Below, one piece after another: positions 28,232 to 37,718 of a stretch of 64,000 nucleotides of DNA. The notes under the pieces were generated by a model that was not told the DNA's origin, searched no databases, and saw only the letters and a program-made list of their open reading frames with translations. Each line of letters opens with the position of its first letter. Positions within the stretch are counted from its first letter, which is position 1. Source of the stretch: Candidatus Moraniibacteriota bacterium (GTDB taxonomy: Bacteria; Patescibacteriota; Minisyncoccia; Moranbacterales; UBA1568); the NCBI GenBank assembly GCA_030648835.1, contig JAUSGT010000002.1, forward strand, positions 89,665-153,664, read 5' to 3'. Both the position numbers and the translations under genes were made by a program.

Positions 28232-28444
28232 ATGGATTTTGAAATGGGGGCGAAGCGTGAAGCTGCAGCCTGGAACGTCGCGACTCACACGGTAGAAACC
28301 TACCTTAGCGTAGGGGAGATAGATAGGGCCAAGCAGTTTGCGAAGCAGGCGATAGAAAATTGGAAAGCGGATGAAAAAGTTGAAGTTGCAGCGCAATTTA
28401 AAGAGTGGTTGCGAGGCAAAGGGATAAATCTGGATACAAAATAG
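28232..28444 (+). CDS. small hypothetical protein
   Basis: 70-aa ORF followed by a terminator 20 nt downstream. Confidence 0.35.
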   Translation: MDFEMGAKREAAAWNVATHTVETYLSVGEIDRAKQFAKQAIENWKADEKVEVAAQFKEWLRGKGINLDTK

Positions 28445-28463
28445 GTATGGCACAGGCAATTGA

Positions 28464-28492
28464 AACAAGGCCATAATTGGCCTTGTTTTTGT
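28464..28492 (+). terminator. intrinsic terminator (AACAAGGCC-ATAATT-GGCCTTGTT + T5)
   Basis: 9-bp perfect stem, same family. Confidence 0.65.
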
Positions 28493-28592
28493 TGTCCGCT
28501 TTTGCGACTATACAGAAAGATCTAAACCTGATATATTCAAGGGCCTATTAAAGATTCATGGGAAAGCAATATCCTTGTTTGACGTCTCGAAT

Positions 28593-29144
28593 ATGAAGAA
28601 ATTACTCTTTGTTATCTGGCTATTCCCTCTTGTTGTCTACGGGGGGACAGGCCCAGCCGAATCCCCAACACAAAGTGCCTATATACGCTATACCTCTCCG
28701 CCGGATGGGTATGCCTATGGCATGGTGTGGGTCAATGTGACGCAAAAAAAATCGGGAGCTTTTGTTCAGGTGCGGAAACTGCAACTGGTTTGCTTTAGTG
28801 GTGGAAAGAAGAAAATCTTCGCGGATGGGATCGATACGACCTACGGTATGGGGTTGTATCCAAGAAGCCCCTGGTTCGGTAAAAATGACAAACATATAAC
28901 AATCCCCGTGAGTAACCCTGTAGAAATGCGTAAGGGCAAAGTTACTCATTTTTGGACAAAGAGGGTATATATCCCGAAAGAATACAAGAAGTGTCGTCCT
29001 GAGGCCGCGCTAACAGTGAAAAATGCGTATGTCCAGATAGGGTTGGATTACTGGCCGGGATTTGATTCTTATAAAGAGGGTAAAAAAATAAAAAATGTCG
29101 AGGCGATGGCTTCACGCTGGTATACGAAGACTTTTTCGTACTAA
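28593..29144 (+). CDS. secreted hypothetical protein
   Basis: Signal 'MKKLLFVIWLFPLVVYG'; ORF may start at 28575. Confidence 0.4.
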   Translation: MKKLLFVIWLFPLVVYGGTGPAESPTQSAYIRYTSPPDGYAYGMVWVNVTQKKSGAFVQVRKLQLVCFSGGKKKIFADGIDTTYGMGLYPRSPWFGKNDKHITIPVSNPVEMRKGKVTHFWTKRVYIPKEYKKCRPEAALTVKNAYVQIGLDYWPGFDSYKEGKKIKNVEAMASRWYTKTFSY

Positions 29145-29163
29145 TTTACAAAAATGTGACACC

Positions 29164-29200
29164 AAAAAACCACCCTTCGATTAACTCAGGGTGGTTTTTC
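29164..29200. terminator. bidirectional intrinsic terminator (AAAAACCACCC...GGGTGGTTTTT)
   Basis: 11-bp stem flanked by A- and T-tracts between convergent genes; near-identical stem at 41124..41158. Confidence 0.65.
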
Positions 29201-29208
29201 TGTAGAAA

Positions 29209-29484
29209 CTATTCTGCGTTTTTGCTCGGGCGATGAATAGAGGCGATAGCCAGTATCAACACGGACATCGATACGGTCAAGACTTCCAATTCATTCCCAC
29301 CAACGAGTGTAAAGTTTTGATTCACAAACCAACGCACATACGTTTGGAATCCGACCAAAAGAAGCACGACGATGAGTAACAATATGGCAGTAGCCACAGA
29401 AAAATAGAAAACAAATCGCTCTCTCTTTTCTTGAGTAGGGGTATTCATATCACGAAGAGTACCATAGTAAACCGCAGTTATCAA
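29209..29484 (-). CDS. small two-TM hypothetical protein
   Basis: 91 aa, hydrophobic. Confidence 0.35.
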   Translation of the reverse strand: MITAVYYGTLRDMNTPTQEKRERFVFYFSVATAILLLIVVLLLVGFQTYVRWFVNQNFTLVGGNELEVLTVSMSVLILAIASIHRPSKNAE

Positions 29485-29596
29485 TCTCTATTGTGCCGGC
29501 ATCATGGCTGATAGCATCAGGCAAAAGAGAAAAAGCGATAGTTCCCACGTCAGAGAGAGAATGATATACTGCGTCTAGCGATTTTTTCTTTTTCCT

Positions 29597-29938
29597 ATGA
29601 AAAATTTTATTGTCATCGTACTGGTCGTTATGGGGCTCACCTTTTTTGTGACTTCCAACACTGCGCCGGTCCCTCTCCATTTCTTCACTTTGACGAAAGA
29701 TGTCCCGCTTTCGTTTATCCTGATTCTCCCGATTAGTATCACACTGCTTGTTTTCGCGCTGTATAACCTGATTCAGAGAAGCAAGACAAACATCATCATT
29801 CGTGAATTGGAGGACAGCCTCGAGAGCGAGCAAAAAAAAGTATTGGAAGTAGCCAAACGTACCCACGAGCTTGAACTCGAAAATCGGAAACTCAAAATCC
29901 GTTTGGGTCATACCGATTTCGACGAAGATTCTTTATGA
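29597..29938 (+). CDS. DUF1049/LapA-like small membrane protein
   Basis: 113 aa; two TM helices then coiled coil 'ELELENRKLKIRL'. Confidence 0.45.
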   Translation: MKNFIVIVLVVMGLTFFVTSNTAPVPLHFFTLTKDVPLSFILILPISITLLVFALYNLIQRSKTNIIIRELEDSLESEQKKVLEVAKRTHELELENRKLKIRLGHTDFDEDSL

Positions 29939-30456
29939 AAAGTCTGTTGCTCGCTTTGTGGAGGAGGCTCAATTTTTCCAAGCATTTTCAACTGAATATC
30001 ATCCGGATGTTTCAGGATCAGTTTCTCGTCGGTGTGACCGGCCTTATTTTCAATGAAAAAAACGAAGTGTTGGTGTTCAAGCACACCTATCGGCAGAGGA
30101 GCTGGAGCTTGCCTGGAGGGTATATGAATGGCAAGGAACACCCCAAAGAAGCATTGGCCAGGGAAATCAAGGAAGAGTCCGGATTTACCGTCAGTATCGA
30201 TTGGAGAATGAAAGTGCGTACGGACAGGGAAACGGCGCGTCTGGATATTTCCTACATCGGAACCTACATTGGGGGAGAGTTTGTTCCGTCCAAAGAGGTG
30301 AGTGAAGCCAGATTTTGTTCACTCCAAAATCTTCCGCCTATTCGCAGAGACCAGCTGTTCCTTATCGAAAACGCGCTTGAGCAACGCGAACATTTCTTTT
30401 CGGAGAATTCTTACTCAGACCCTCTCTCCGAACAAAAACACATCGCGCATTTTTAA
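29935..30456 (+). CDS. Nudix hydrolase
   Basis: Nudix box 'GGYMNGKEHPKEALAREIKEESGF' (GX5EX7REUXEEXGU); ATGA overlap with the upstream gene. Confidence 0.75.
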   Translation: MKSLLLALWRRLNFSKHFQLNIIRMFQDQFLVGVTGLIFNEKNEVLVFKHTYRQRSWSLPGGYMNGKEHPKEALAREIKEESGFTVSIDWRMKVRTDRETARLDISYIGTYIGGEFVPSKEVSEARFCSLQNLPPIRRDQLFLIENALEQREHFFSENSYSDPLSEQKHIAHF

Positions 30457-30465
30457 GAAGAGAGC

Positions 30466-30891
30466 TTATACCCGACAAAGAAGATTCAAGCCGGTTTCTT
30501 TGTCAAAAACCCGATGGAGAGGCGAAGGCAGAACGGTCAGATGAATCTCGCAGGCACCCGATACCCGGAGTTTGAAAAGATGGCCTCCAAACACGGAGAG
30601 ATCGCGTTTTCCAAAGACTCCGTGGATATGGAGCATTTTTTCGTCTTTCAGTGTACCGAGATTTCCGTTCAAGGAAAGAATCTCCACGTCCTCGTTTATT
30701 TGGTGGCGTTCGTAAGTCTGGGTGGGGAGATGGTAGTAAGCGAGTTCCAGTTGATCTGCCGCCCCGAGTCCGGTGAGCGTCGCTCCGGCGACAGTATTTT
30801 CTCTGCACCAGGAAAGAAGGGTCTCAAAAAGCTCTTCACCACGGGCGAGATTGAAGACGAATTGATTTTCGTGGGAGGCTATCATTTGCAT
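30466..30891 (-). CDS. PPC/DUF296-domain protein
   Basis: 141 aa; 'ILSLNGNL...HIHGVFG' pattern typical of DUF296. Confidence 0.45.
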   Translation of the reverse strand: MQMIASHENQFVFNLARGEELFETLLSWCRENTVAGATLTGLGAADQLELAYYHLPTQTYERHQINEDVEILSLNGNLGTLKDEKMLHIHGVFGKRDLSVFGGHLFKLRVSGACEIHLTVLPSPLHRVFDKETGLNLLCRV

Positions 30892-31168
30892 ACCTGGTCA
30901 GTGAAACTTCAACAATTTTTTATAAACTGTAGAAGTGAAGTTAATTTTGTTTTTCCGCTTATGTTTGAACAGCAATAACATTTACTAATACTCAGTCGAA
31001 GTTCTACTGCCGGGCATAGTGGTTTCAGTTTAGCATATCTGTCCAAAGAGGTTGAGGTCTCTTTTTATGATCATAGCCATTTGAAGGTGAAAACTTCCGG
31101 TGTGGGCAGCTGATGATGTTATAATAAGTCTTGCCTCTCTTTTTGGAAATCTTTTCCTGAAAGCAAAT

Positions 31169-32407
31169 ATGAGCGATATTGAGTATCCACAACCAGCCAA
31201 AACAAAGAAAAGCCTGATGAAGATTGGCGTTCTTTTTTTGCTTCTTGGCATCTCGGTGGTTGTTTCATTGAAAAAAGATGATGTCAGCATCCAAAACATT
31301 GGCGATTATATTGGTGGTTCGCTCCAAAACGAGATTGTCCCAGCCGAAAAAAGTCTTCCTGCCCCGGAGGGAGAAAAATCAGTGTCGTTCAATTGGGAGT
31401 ACAAAGGCAGAAAGTATTCTCTCGATGAGAATCTGTACGATTCTTATTACCAGTTTTACAAAACTCTTCCGACCGCTATACTTTTGAACGGGGAATCACA
31501 AATTGAGCGGGAAACGATAAGTAATGAAAAGTTTATTACCGGAGTAGTCGGAGATGATACCGTACAGGTTTTGGCAGAGAAGCTTCGCACCATGGGGGAA
31601 GAGCGCAAGCTGAACGAAAGCCAGATGGTGGAATTTGTAGCGACTTTCGTCCAAACCATTCCCTATGATCAGAAAAAGCTTGAGAGACGGAATAGCGGTC
31701 TCAGCGGTATAACGGAGAAGATCACCTACCCCTATGAAGTTTTGTACGAGAACACGGGAGTTTGCCAGGACAAGAGCTACCTCGCTTATGCTTTGTTGAA
31801 AAAGCTTGGCTACGGCGTCGCCATCTTTCTTTTCCCCGATCCAGAGGATAATCATATGGCGATAGGAGTGAAGTGCCCGCTCCAGTATTCGAATTATGCG
31901 TCCGGTTATTGTTTTGTCGAAACTACCAGTCTCGGGAACAAAATCGGTATGATACCCGATCTCATTCCAAAGAGCCGTATCGCTACCTCCGATATACAGA
32001 TAAGCACGGTTGGAAACAACCAGGTCGGAGATGATGAATATCAGTCGCTCGGTAACGTCGAAGTTCTCAATACAATCGACGGCAAGGAATATACCGGAAT
32101 CATCGATACTATCAGCACGCAAAAAGAACTCGAGCGTTTGCGGAAATTAATTGAGGGGTACAAGCGGGAGCTCCAGGCGTTGGGGGCAGAAATTGAAAAG
32201 CAGGAAAATGACCTTGATCGAATGCAAAAGAAATTGAAGAGTCTGAAAAAAGATGAGCAGTATGATGATTACAACGATTTGGTGAGTAAATACAACAAAC
32301 TTCTTTCTGCAGTGAAAAAAGATATAAAGGAATACAATAAAAAGGCGGGGGTAAACAATGATGCCATTTCGCGATACCGCGCCCTGGCCAAGGATTTTTA
32401 CCGTTAG
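31169..32407 (+). CDS. membrane-anchored protein with putative transglutaminase-like Cys-protease core and C-terminal coiled coil
   Basis: N-terminal TM; 'GVCQDKSYLAYALLKKLGYGV...EDNHMAIGV' (C..H..D/E spacing); long KE-rich coiled coil at C-terminus. Confidence 0.4.
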   Translation: MSDIEYPQPAKTKKSLMKIGVLFLLLGISVVVSLKKDDVSIQNIGDYIGGSLQNEIVPAEKSLPAPEGEKSVSFNWEYKGRKYSLDENLYDSYYQFYKTLPTAILLNGESQIERETISNEKFITGVVGDDTVQVLAEKLRTMGEERKLNESQMVEFVATFVQTIPYDQKKLERRNSGLSGITEKITYPYEVLYENTGVCQDKSYLAYALLKKLGYGVAIFLFPDPEDNHMAIGVKCPLQYSNYASGYCFVETTSLGNKIGMIPDLIPKSRIATSDIQISTVGNNQVGDDEYQSLGNVEVLNTIDGKEYTGIIDTISTQKELERLRKLIEGYKRELQALGAEIEKQENDLDRMQKKLKSLKKDEQYDDYNDLVSKYNKLLSAVKKDIKEYNKKAGVNNDAISRYRALAKDFYR

Positions 32408-32523
32408 TGGGTGTAAAACGAAAAAATTCAAAAATATTGCGGAAATAAGCCTTTTCTGCTACGCTCTACTATTGGTTCTTTTACATCTTTACATATCCCA
32501 ACAACCTCAACGAGGAGAATCAT

Positions 32524-33228
32524 ATGCCCCTGAATCTGCTTGTTGTCGGTGATCCAGCTCGCGTCAATCCGCTTGTAGTCTTGCTTAAGAATAGCGGCGT
32601 GAATGCTGTTCCAGTTTTGTCACGGAATACCATAGATATATTGGAGAGCATAAGGCCTTACCAAGCCAAGAAAACTCTGGTGGTATTTGGCGACGCCTTG
32701 GAAGATAAACCGGGCTTTCTTCGTCTTCTCCAACGGGTCCAGCGAGAAACCAGTATGGTAATTATTTCTGGTGAGCATCAAAACTCTCCGACACCCTATG
32801 ATAGCCGTCAATTAGTAGAGGAGATTGAAAAAGCGACTGTATGTAAAATTCGCTACTTTTCATACAAGGAAGGAAATCACCTTGTTCTCGCGCAAAAAAG
32901 TCTTGCAGCGGAAACGCCAGCCAAGCAAAATGATGAAAGAAAATCAAGTGAGCGTTTGATCAACGGGCGAACAGTTTATTTGGAAGGGCGATCTGCCGAG
33001 ATGTTTGATATGATTACCCAATCCGCAGGAATGTTTGTCCCATGGCATGTGCTTCGTCAGCGTTTTGAAAGTCGAGGGACTATGTATGGAGCTATCGCCC
33101 GTCTGCGTCAGGAGCTGAAGAAACAATTTCCGGGAGCGGAAAAAGCTGTTACGACGCATAAATACGAGGGAATCGCATTTGATCCGACTTTACTTCCTGC
33201 AGAGAAAATTACCGCTAAGCCTTCTTGA
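32524..33228 (+). CDS. OmpR/PhoB-type winged-helix regulator with atypical receiver-like N-domain
   Basis: C-terminal 'RLINGRTVYLEGRSAEMFDMI...VLRQRFESRGTMYGAIARLRQEL' (trans_reg_C-like); N-domain 'LLVVGD...TLVVFGDALED'. Confidence 0.55.
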   Translation: MPLNLLVVGDPARVNPLVVLLKNSGVNAVPVLSRNTIDILESIRPYQAKKTLVVFGDALEDKPGFLRLLQRVQRETSMVIISGEHQNSPTPYDSRQLVEEIEKATVCKIRYFSYKEGNHLVLAQKSLAAETPAKQNDERKSSERLINGRTVYLEGRSAEMFDMITQSAGMFVPWHVLRQRFESRGTMYGAIARLRQELKKQFPGAEKAVTTHKYEGIAFDPTLLPAEKITAKPS

Positions 33229-33412
33229 TGCCGAGCGTGTCCATCCGGACTCTCCTCGGCATTTTTTTATTCAGATGAAGAAGAAATAAGAAAATTAACA
33301 GAAGCAAAGGTGGGGTTGACTTGGTGTATATATTCCTCTAGGCTTGATGATAAGAGGGAGAACAAACCCTCTTTTCCTTTACAATGTGGTTCTTACAGAG
33401 AGGGGCTACACC

Positions 33413-34153
33413 ATGCCAATTGCGCTTATTAGTGTATCTGACAAGACGGGGATTGAACTCTTTGCTCGGGGAATCATTACCCTAGGGTACAAGATCCTTT
33501 CCACTTCCAATACCGCGAAGGCTCTAGAAGCCGACCATACTCCGGTTATCCAAGTATCCGATCACACGGGTTTTCCGGAGATGCTCGGCGGTCGGGTCAA
33601 GACTCTGCACCCGAAAATTCATGGCGGTATTCTCGCTCGGCGCGATGTACCGGCACATATGTCTGCGATCGCAGAAGTCGGCATCGAGCCAATCGATCTT
33701 GTCGTGGTCAATCTGTATCCGTTCGAGCAGACGGTAGCAAAACCGGACTGCACGCCGGAGCAGGCAATCGAAAACATCGACATTGGCGGGCCTGCCATGG
33801 TGCGCTCTGCGGCCAAGAATTATGCAAGCGTGATCGTCACTGTCAATCCGGCCGATTACTCCGGCATACTGGCCAGGCTGCGTGCCGGTACGGTCGACAT
33901 GGAATTCCGCCACGTGCTGGCGCAAAAAGCTTTCGCGCACACTGCGGCGTATGACGCGGCCATCGCGAAATACCTCGACAACGCAGATGACGTGCACGGG
34001 TTGCGGTATGGGCACGCCCTCTGCGGATTTTCGAGCGAGCCGCCCAAAGGCTGGCCAGAAGGGCAAAAAGGAGTCAGGTTTGATGAAGTGGACAAGATTA
34101 CCTGTCGGGATTGCAAGGTTATTGCCGAGCATTTCCAACGGCACCGCGATTGA
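33413..34153 (+). CDS. MGS-like domain protein = PurH N-terminal (IMP cyclohydrolase) domain only; possibly truncated/remnant
   Basis: '[10 protein letters not shown]...[10 protein letters not shown]...[15 protein letters not shown]' matches the PurH IMPCH domain. ORF ends after ~247 aa with an unrelated Cys-containing tail; no AICAR-transformylase domain downstream. Confidence 0.55.
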   Translation: MPIALISVSDKTGIELFARGIITLGYKILSTSNTAKALEADHTPVIQVSDHTGFPEMLGGRVKTLHPKIHGGILARRDVPAHMSAIAEVGIEPIDLVVVNLYPFEQTVAKPDCTPEQAIENIDIGGPAMVRSAAKNYASVIVTVNPADYSGILARLRAGTVDMEFRHVLAQKAFAHTAAYDAAIAKYLDNADDVHGLRYGHALCGFSSEPPKGWPEGQKGVRFDEVDKITCRDCKVIAEHFQRHRD

Positions 34154-34294
34154 CCGACAGTCGCACTCGCGTATAAACCCCCGCGATTATAAATAGGGGT
34201 TTTTCTTTTTGTCTCAAAGATCATTGCTCCCCAGGCATTTATAGGCTACTATGTATGAGGTGTTAGATAAATTAATTATTTTAATATATTTCGT

Positions 34295-34711
34295 ATGGGA
34301 AAAATAATTGTCGGGGTTATCGTTGTTGTTGCCATCGCCGGTTTCTTTCTGATGAAGGATAACAATGATGCGGTTGTGACCAAGAGCGATAGCAATAAAC
34401 CGGCAGTAACGATGCCGGCAGGAGAGGTGAAGGAGTTTTCCATGACTTCCTATTATGATGATGCAGGGAAGTGGTTCTCGCTCAAAGAAATAAACGTCAA
34501 AAAGGGAGATGTTGTTCGCATCAAGGTAACCAATATCAAAGGATCACACGATTTCAATATCGATGAGTATGGGGTCAAGAAAGCAACCCCTCTCAACCAG
34601 GAAGCTATCATTGAATTTACGGCCGACAAGGTTGGTGAATTTACGTATTACTGTTCTATGCCGGGTCATCGCCAGGCCGGGCAGTTTGGTAAGCTGATTG
34701 TAAAGGAGTAG
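34295..34711 (+). CDS. secreted cupredoxin (type-1 blue copper-like) protein
   Basis: Signal/TM; 'GSHDFN' (His ligand); C-terminal 'YYCSMPGHRQAGQFG' (C-x4-H, with Gln where the axial Met usually sits). Confidence 0.55.
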   Translation: MGKIIVGVIVVVAIAGFFLMKDNNDAVVTKSDSNKPAVTMPAGEVKEFSMTSYYDDAGKWFSLKEINVKKGDVVRIKVTNIKGSHDFNIDEYGVKKATPLNQEAIIEFTADKVGEFTYYCSMPGHRQAGQFGKLIVKE

Positions 34712-34775
34712 ACTGTGTGAAACTCACAGGCAAATCAAGAAGCCGTCCGCTGAGGGACGGCTTTCTTTTTCTACT

Positions 34776-35426
34776 TTGCTCCAATGCTATACTGAAAGTA
34801 TGTTCGGACTAACCAAAAAAGAATTAGCGATATTACGTAAACTTTCCACACCTGGAAAAATTCAGGATTTTTTGGACACATTGCCGATCAATCACCTCAA
34901 AAATGGCGCTACGTGTTTTTCCCCACGGCAAGTATTGCGGGAGAAAAAAGCTCACTGCATCGAGGGGGCGCTCTTGGCCGCTACCGCTCTGTGGCTGCAT
35001 GGAGAGTCGCCACTTCTCCTTGATTTGAAAGCGACGAGGGATGACTATGACCACGTGGTAGCCTTGTATAAACAGAATGGGTACTGGGGCGCGCTCAGTA
35101 AAACGAATTATCCAGCTCTCCGTTTTCGCGATCCCGTCTATCGGACTATCCGTGAATTGGCCCTCTCTTATTTCCATGAGTACACTCTCATCAAGACAGG
35201 AGAGAAGACGCTCCTTTCATATTCGCGACCCTTTTCTCTCAAAAAGTTTGGCACAGACTGGATAACGGCCGAAGAAGACCTCTGGGATATCGCTTGTGCA
35301 CTCGATGATTTCCAACATTTCGCGCTGGTACCGAAGAAAAACAAGCGGTTTCTTCGCAAGACTTCCCCCTTTGAACGCAAGGTCGGGGATCTGACCGAGT
35401 GGAGCAAAAAAGACCCGCGAACGTAA
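34776..35426 (+). CDS. transglutaminase-like (Cys-His-Asp) domain protein
   Basis: 'KKAHCIEGALLAATAL...DYDHVVALYKQNGYWGAL'. Confidence 0.35.
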   Translation: MLQCYTESMFGLTKKELAILRKLSTPGKIQDFLDTLPINHLKNGATCFSPRQVLREKKAHCIEGALLAATALWLHGESPLLLDLKATRDDYDHVVALYKQNGYWGALSKTNYPALRFRDPVYRTIRELALSYFHEYTLIKTGEKTLLSYSRPFSLKKFGTDWITAEEDLWDIACALDDFQHFALVPKKNKRFLRKTSPFERKVGDLTEWSKKDPRT

Positions 35427-35460
35427 AGAGTGTATAATAGAACGATAAAGTAAAAACGCT

Positions 35461-36567
35461 ATGCAAGTTATCTTTTTTCTTTTTTTATTTCTGACGGCAT
35501 TGCTCGGGTCGCACGCTATCGTGTATGTTTCGCTTGTTCATTTTTTCTCGATCACCGTTAGCGCTCACAAGTATATTCTTGTCTGTATCCTTATCTTTCT
35601 GGCGGTGAGTTTTTTCCTTTCCTCGGCCATCGCGCATTTTTTCGAGAATGGTTTCACGCGCGCCTATTATTTTCTCTCCGGATTCTGGCTCGGTTTTTTG
35701 GTGAATATCATTATGGCTTTGGCCATCGCGTGGCTGACACTCTGGGTGAGCCAGTATCTCCATATTGATCTCAATAAAAGCAGTATAGGCGCATTTTTTC
35801 TCGGGCTGGCATTGCTTCTCTCGTTGTACGGAGTGTGGCACGCCCTGCGCCCGGTCGTAAAAAATATTTCTGTGCGTATCCCGAACCTTCCGGAACAGTG
35901 GAAAGGGGAAACCATCGTGCATCTTTCCGATATCCACTTGGGGCATGTGTATCAAGCCAGCTATCTTGAGGGGGTTGTGGAAAAAGTGAATGCCCTCCAC
36001 CCGAAGATGGTTGTCATCACCGGGGACTTGTTTGATGGTATGGACGGCTATCTCGGTTCTCTCGTTCAGCCATTCAACGGGATACAGTCGGACAATGGCA
36101 TATTTTTTGTGACGGGCAATCATGAGACGTATCTGGGTATCGAAAAAGCTTTTTCCGCTTTGCAGGATACGAAAGTGGTGATTCTAAAAGATGAGGTGAG
36201 AGATGTCGATGGTTTGCAACTGATCGGTATTAGTTTCCCCAAGCGCGGTGAGAAGAAAGATCTCATCGCCACCCTCGAGTCTTTGCGGGATCGATTCTCG
36301 GGGCAACCCAGTGTACTTCTCTATCATGCTCCGGCCAGAGTTGGAGAAGTCGCCGCGAGCGGCGTGAACCTCATGCTTTCCGGCCATACACACCGAGGCC
36401 AGCAATTTCCTTTCCGCTATATCACCCATCTGGTACACGCGGGCTATGATTATGGGCTCTATCGGAAGGGGGACTTTTCTCTGTACACCACGAGCGGAGT
36501 CGGGACATGGGGGCCGACAATGAGGATAGGCACGCAGTCCGAGATTGTGGCGATTACTCTTGAATAG
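35461..36567 (+). CDS. membrane-anchored calcineurin-like metallophosphoesterase
   Basis: 4-5 N-terminal TM helices; 'VVITGDLFDG' and 'FFVTGNHETY' MPP motifs; 'LSGHTHRGQ'. Confidence 0.7.
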   Translation: MQVIFFLFLFLTALLGSHAIVYVSLVHFFSITVSAHKYILVCILIFLAVSFFLSSAIAHFFENGFTRAYYFLSGFWLGFLVNIIMALAIAWLTLWVSQYLHIDLNKSSIGAFFLGLALLLSLYGVWHALRPVVKNISVRIPNLPEQWKGETIVHLSDIHLGHVYQASYLEGVVEKVNALHPKMVVITGDLFDGMDGYLGSLVQPFNGIQSDNGIFFVTGNHETYLGIEKAFSALQDTKVVILKDEVRDVDGLQLIGISFPKRGEKKDLIATLESLRDRFSGQPSVLLYHAPARVGEVAASGVNLMLSGHTHRGQQFPFRYITHLVHAGYDYGLYRKGDFSLYTTSGVGTWGPTMRIGTQSEIVAITLE

Positions 36568-36712
36568 ATTTTTTGAACCGTTATCACTGGCGATTGAAAG
36601 ATTGTTCATTTTGAGACGTCTCAGTATGTAGTGAGATGGGATATTTTCTGGTGATTTTTTCGAAAAATCCCTGTTTAAAGGGAAAGTACGGTATAATTTC
36701 ACTCATATAATA

Positions 36713-37171
36713 GTGGGGAAAACCCGTAAGAAACAAAATATTATGAACAAAACAGGTCTCCGCGTTATCTTAGTCTCTTTTTTCATCGTCCTTTTTGGGG
36801 GATCGTTTTTTTCCGTTTTGGCTGTGGAAGAAAACAATCGTCTTGCCAAAAGCAAGGCGAATCAAGAACAATTCTTGAGCGATGTGCAGGCGCTCGATCG
36901 GGCGCGCCAAGCGTATCTCGAGAGCGTTCTCGAGAGTCGTACTGCTTCGAAGGAGGGCATGGCGGTGGCCAAGGCACAGTACGAGGCTCTCCTCAAAAAT
37001 CAGCCTACCCTTATAGCGCAGAACCAAAAACAGACGACGACGACTGTCAAACAGCAGGTTCCGGTGGCGAGTTCCGGCAATAGTAAGAGTACGAAATCAT
37101 CAGGCTCCAGCAGTGTCAAAAGTACACAGGCATCCAAGCCCGCCGCTACGCGTACGACTAAAACTTCTTAA
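36713..37171 (+). CDS. secreted low-complexity hypothetical protein
   Basis: 152 aa; signal peptide; Ser/Thr/Lys-rich tail. Confidence 0.4.
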   Translation: MGKTRKKQNIMNKTGLRVILVSFFIVLFGGSFFSVLAVEENNRLAKSKANQEQFLSDVQALDRARQAYLESVLESRTASKEGMAVAKAQYEALLKNQPTLIAQNQKQTTTTVKQQVPVASSGNSKSTKSSGSSSVKSTQASKPAATRTTKTS

Positions 37172-37180
37172 AAAACTTCT

Positions 37181-37696
37181 ATGAAAAAGATCTTCCAAAA
37201 AAAGAAAATCTGGTTTGTAGTTCTGTTTTTCTCCGGGGTAGCAATCATCAGTTGGAATTCTGTTTTGCATCAGGCATTGCGAGGAGAGACGTTTGTTGCT
37301 GTCGCACACGCGGAAGATGATGAAGATGAATATGAAGATGAAAATGAGAACGATGATAACTATTCTTCAGATACCCAGTCTCCTGTGACGTCATCCTCGA
37401 CAAAAACGACGAAAGTGAAAAGCGTGCCTACCTATAAGACGGTACTGGTGACGAAAGTGGTTACGACGCTCGACCCGCAATTTACAACCGATCGAGATGG
37501 AGATAGGATCGTCGATGGGCTCGACCCACATCCGAGTGTGCATGAACGCGAGTATTTTACGGACGTCGATGACGACGGCATCGCCGATGCTTTTGATGAA
37601 CATTCGGGTGAAGATGACTTCGCTTATTATGAACAAGAAAACGATGAAAATCAAAACGGCATCCTTGACTCCTATGAGCTCATGGCAAGTCGCTGA
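37181..37696 (+). CDS. secreted acidic protein with Asp-rich Ca-binding-like repeats
   Basis: 'DRDGDRIVDGLDPHP', 'DVDDDGIADAFDE' (TSP3/EF-like DxDxDG); signal/TM. Confidence 0.4.
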   Translation: MKKIFQKKKIWFVVLFFSGVAIISWNSVLHQALRGETFVAVAHAEDDEDEYEDENENDDNYSSDTQSPVTSSSTKTTKVKSVPTYKTVLVTKVVTTLDPQFTTDRDGDRIVDGLDPHPSVHEREYFTDVDDDGIADAFDEHSGEDDFAYYEQENDENQNGILDSYELMASR

Positions 37697-37718
37697 GCAT
37701 GAAGAGAAGGGGACGATT

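Noticed and set aside
35485-36123. Minus-strand 212-aa ORF
   Set aside because: Antisense to the metallophosphoesterase gene, which has clear GDxxDG/GNHE motifs.
37497-37718. N-terminal extension of the ApbE ORF
   Set aside because: Overlaps the preceding gene in another frame. An RBS-preceded ATG at 37719 fits the ApbE family N-terminus.
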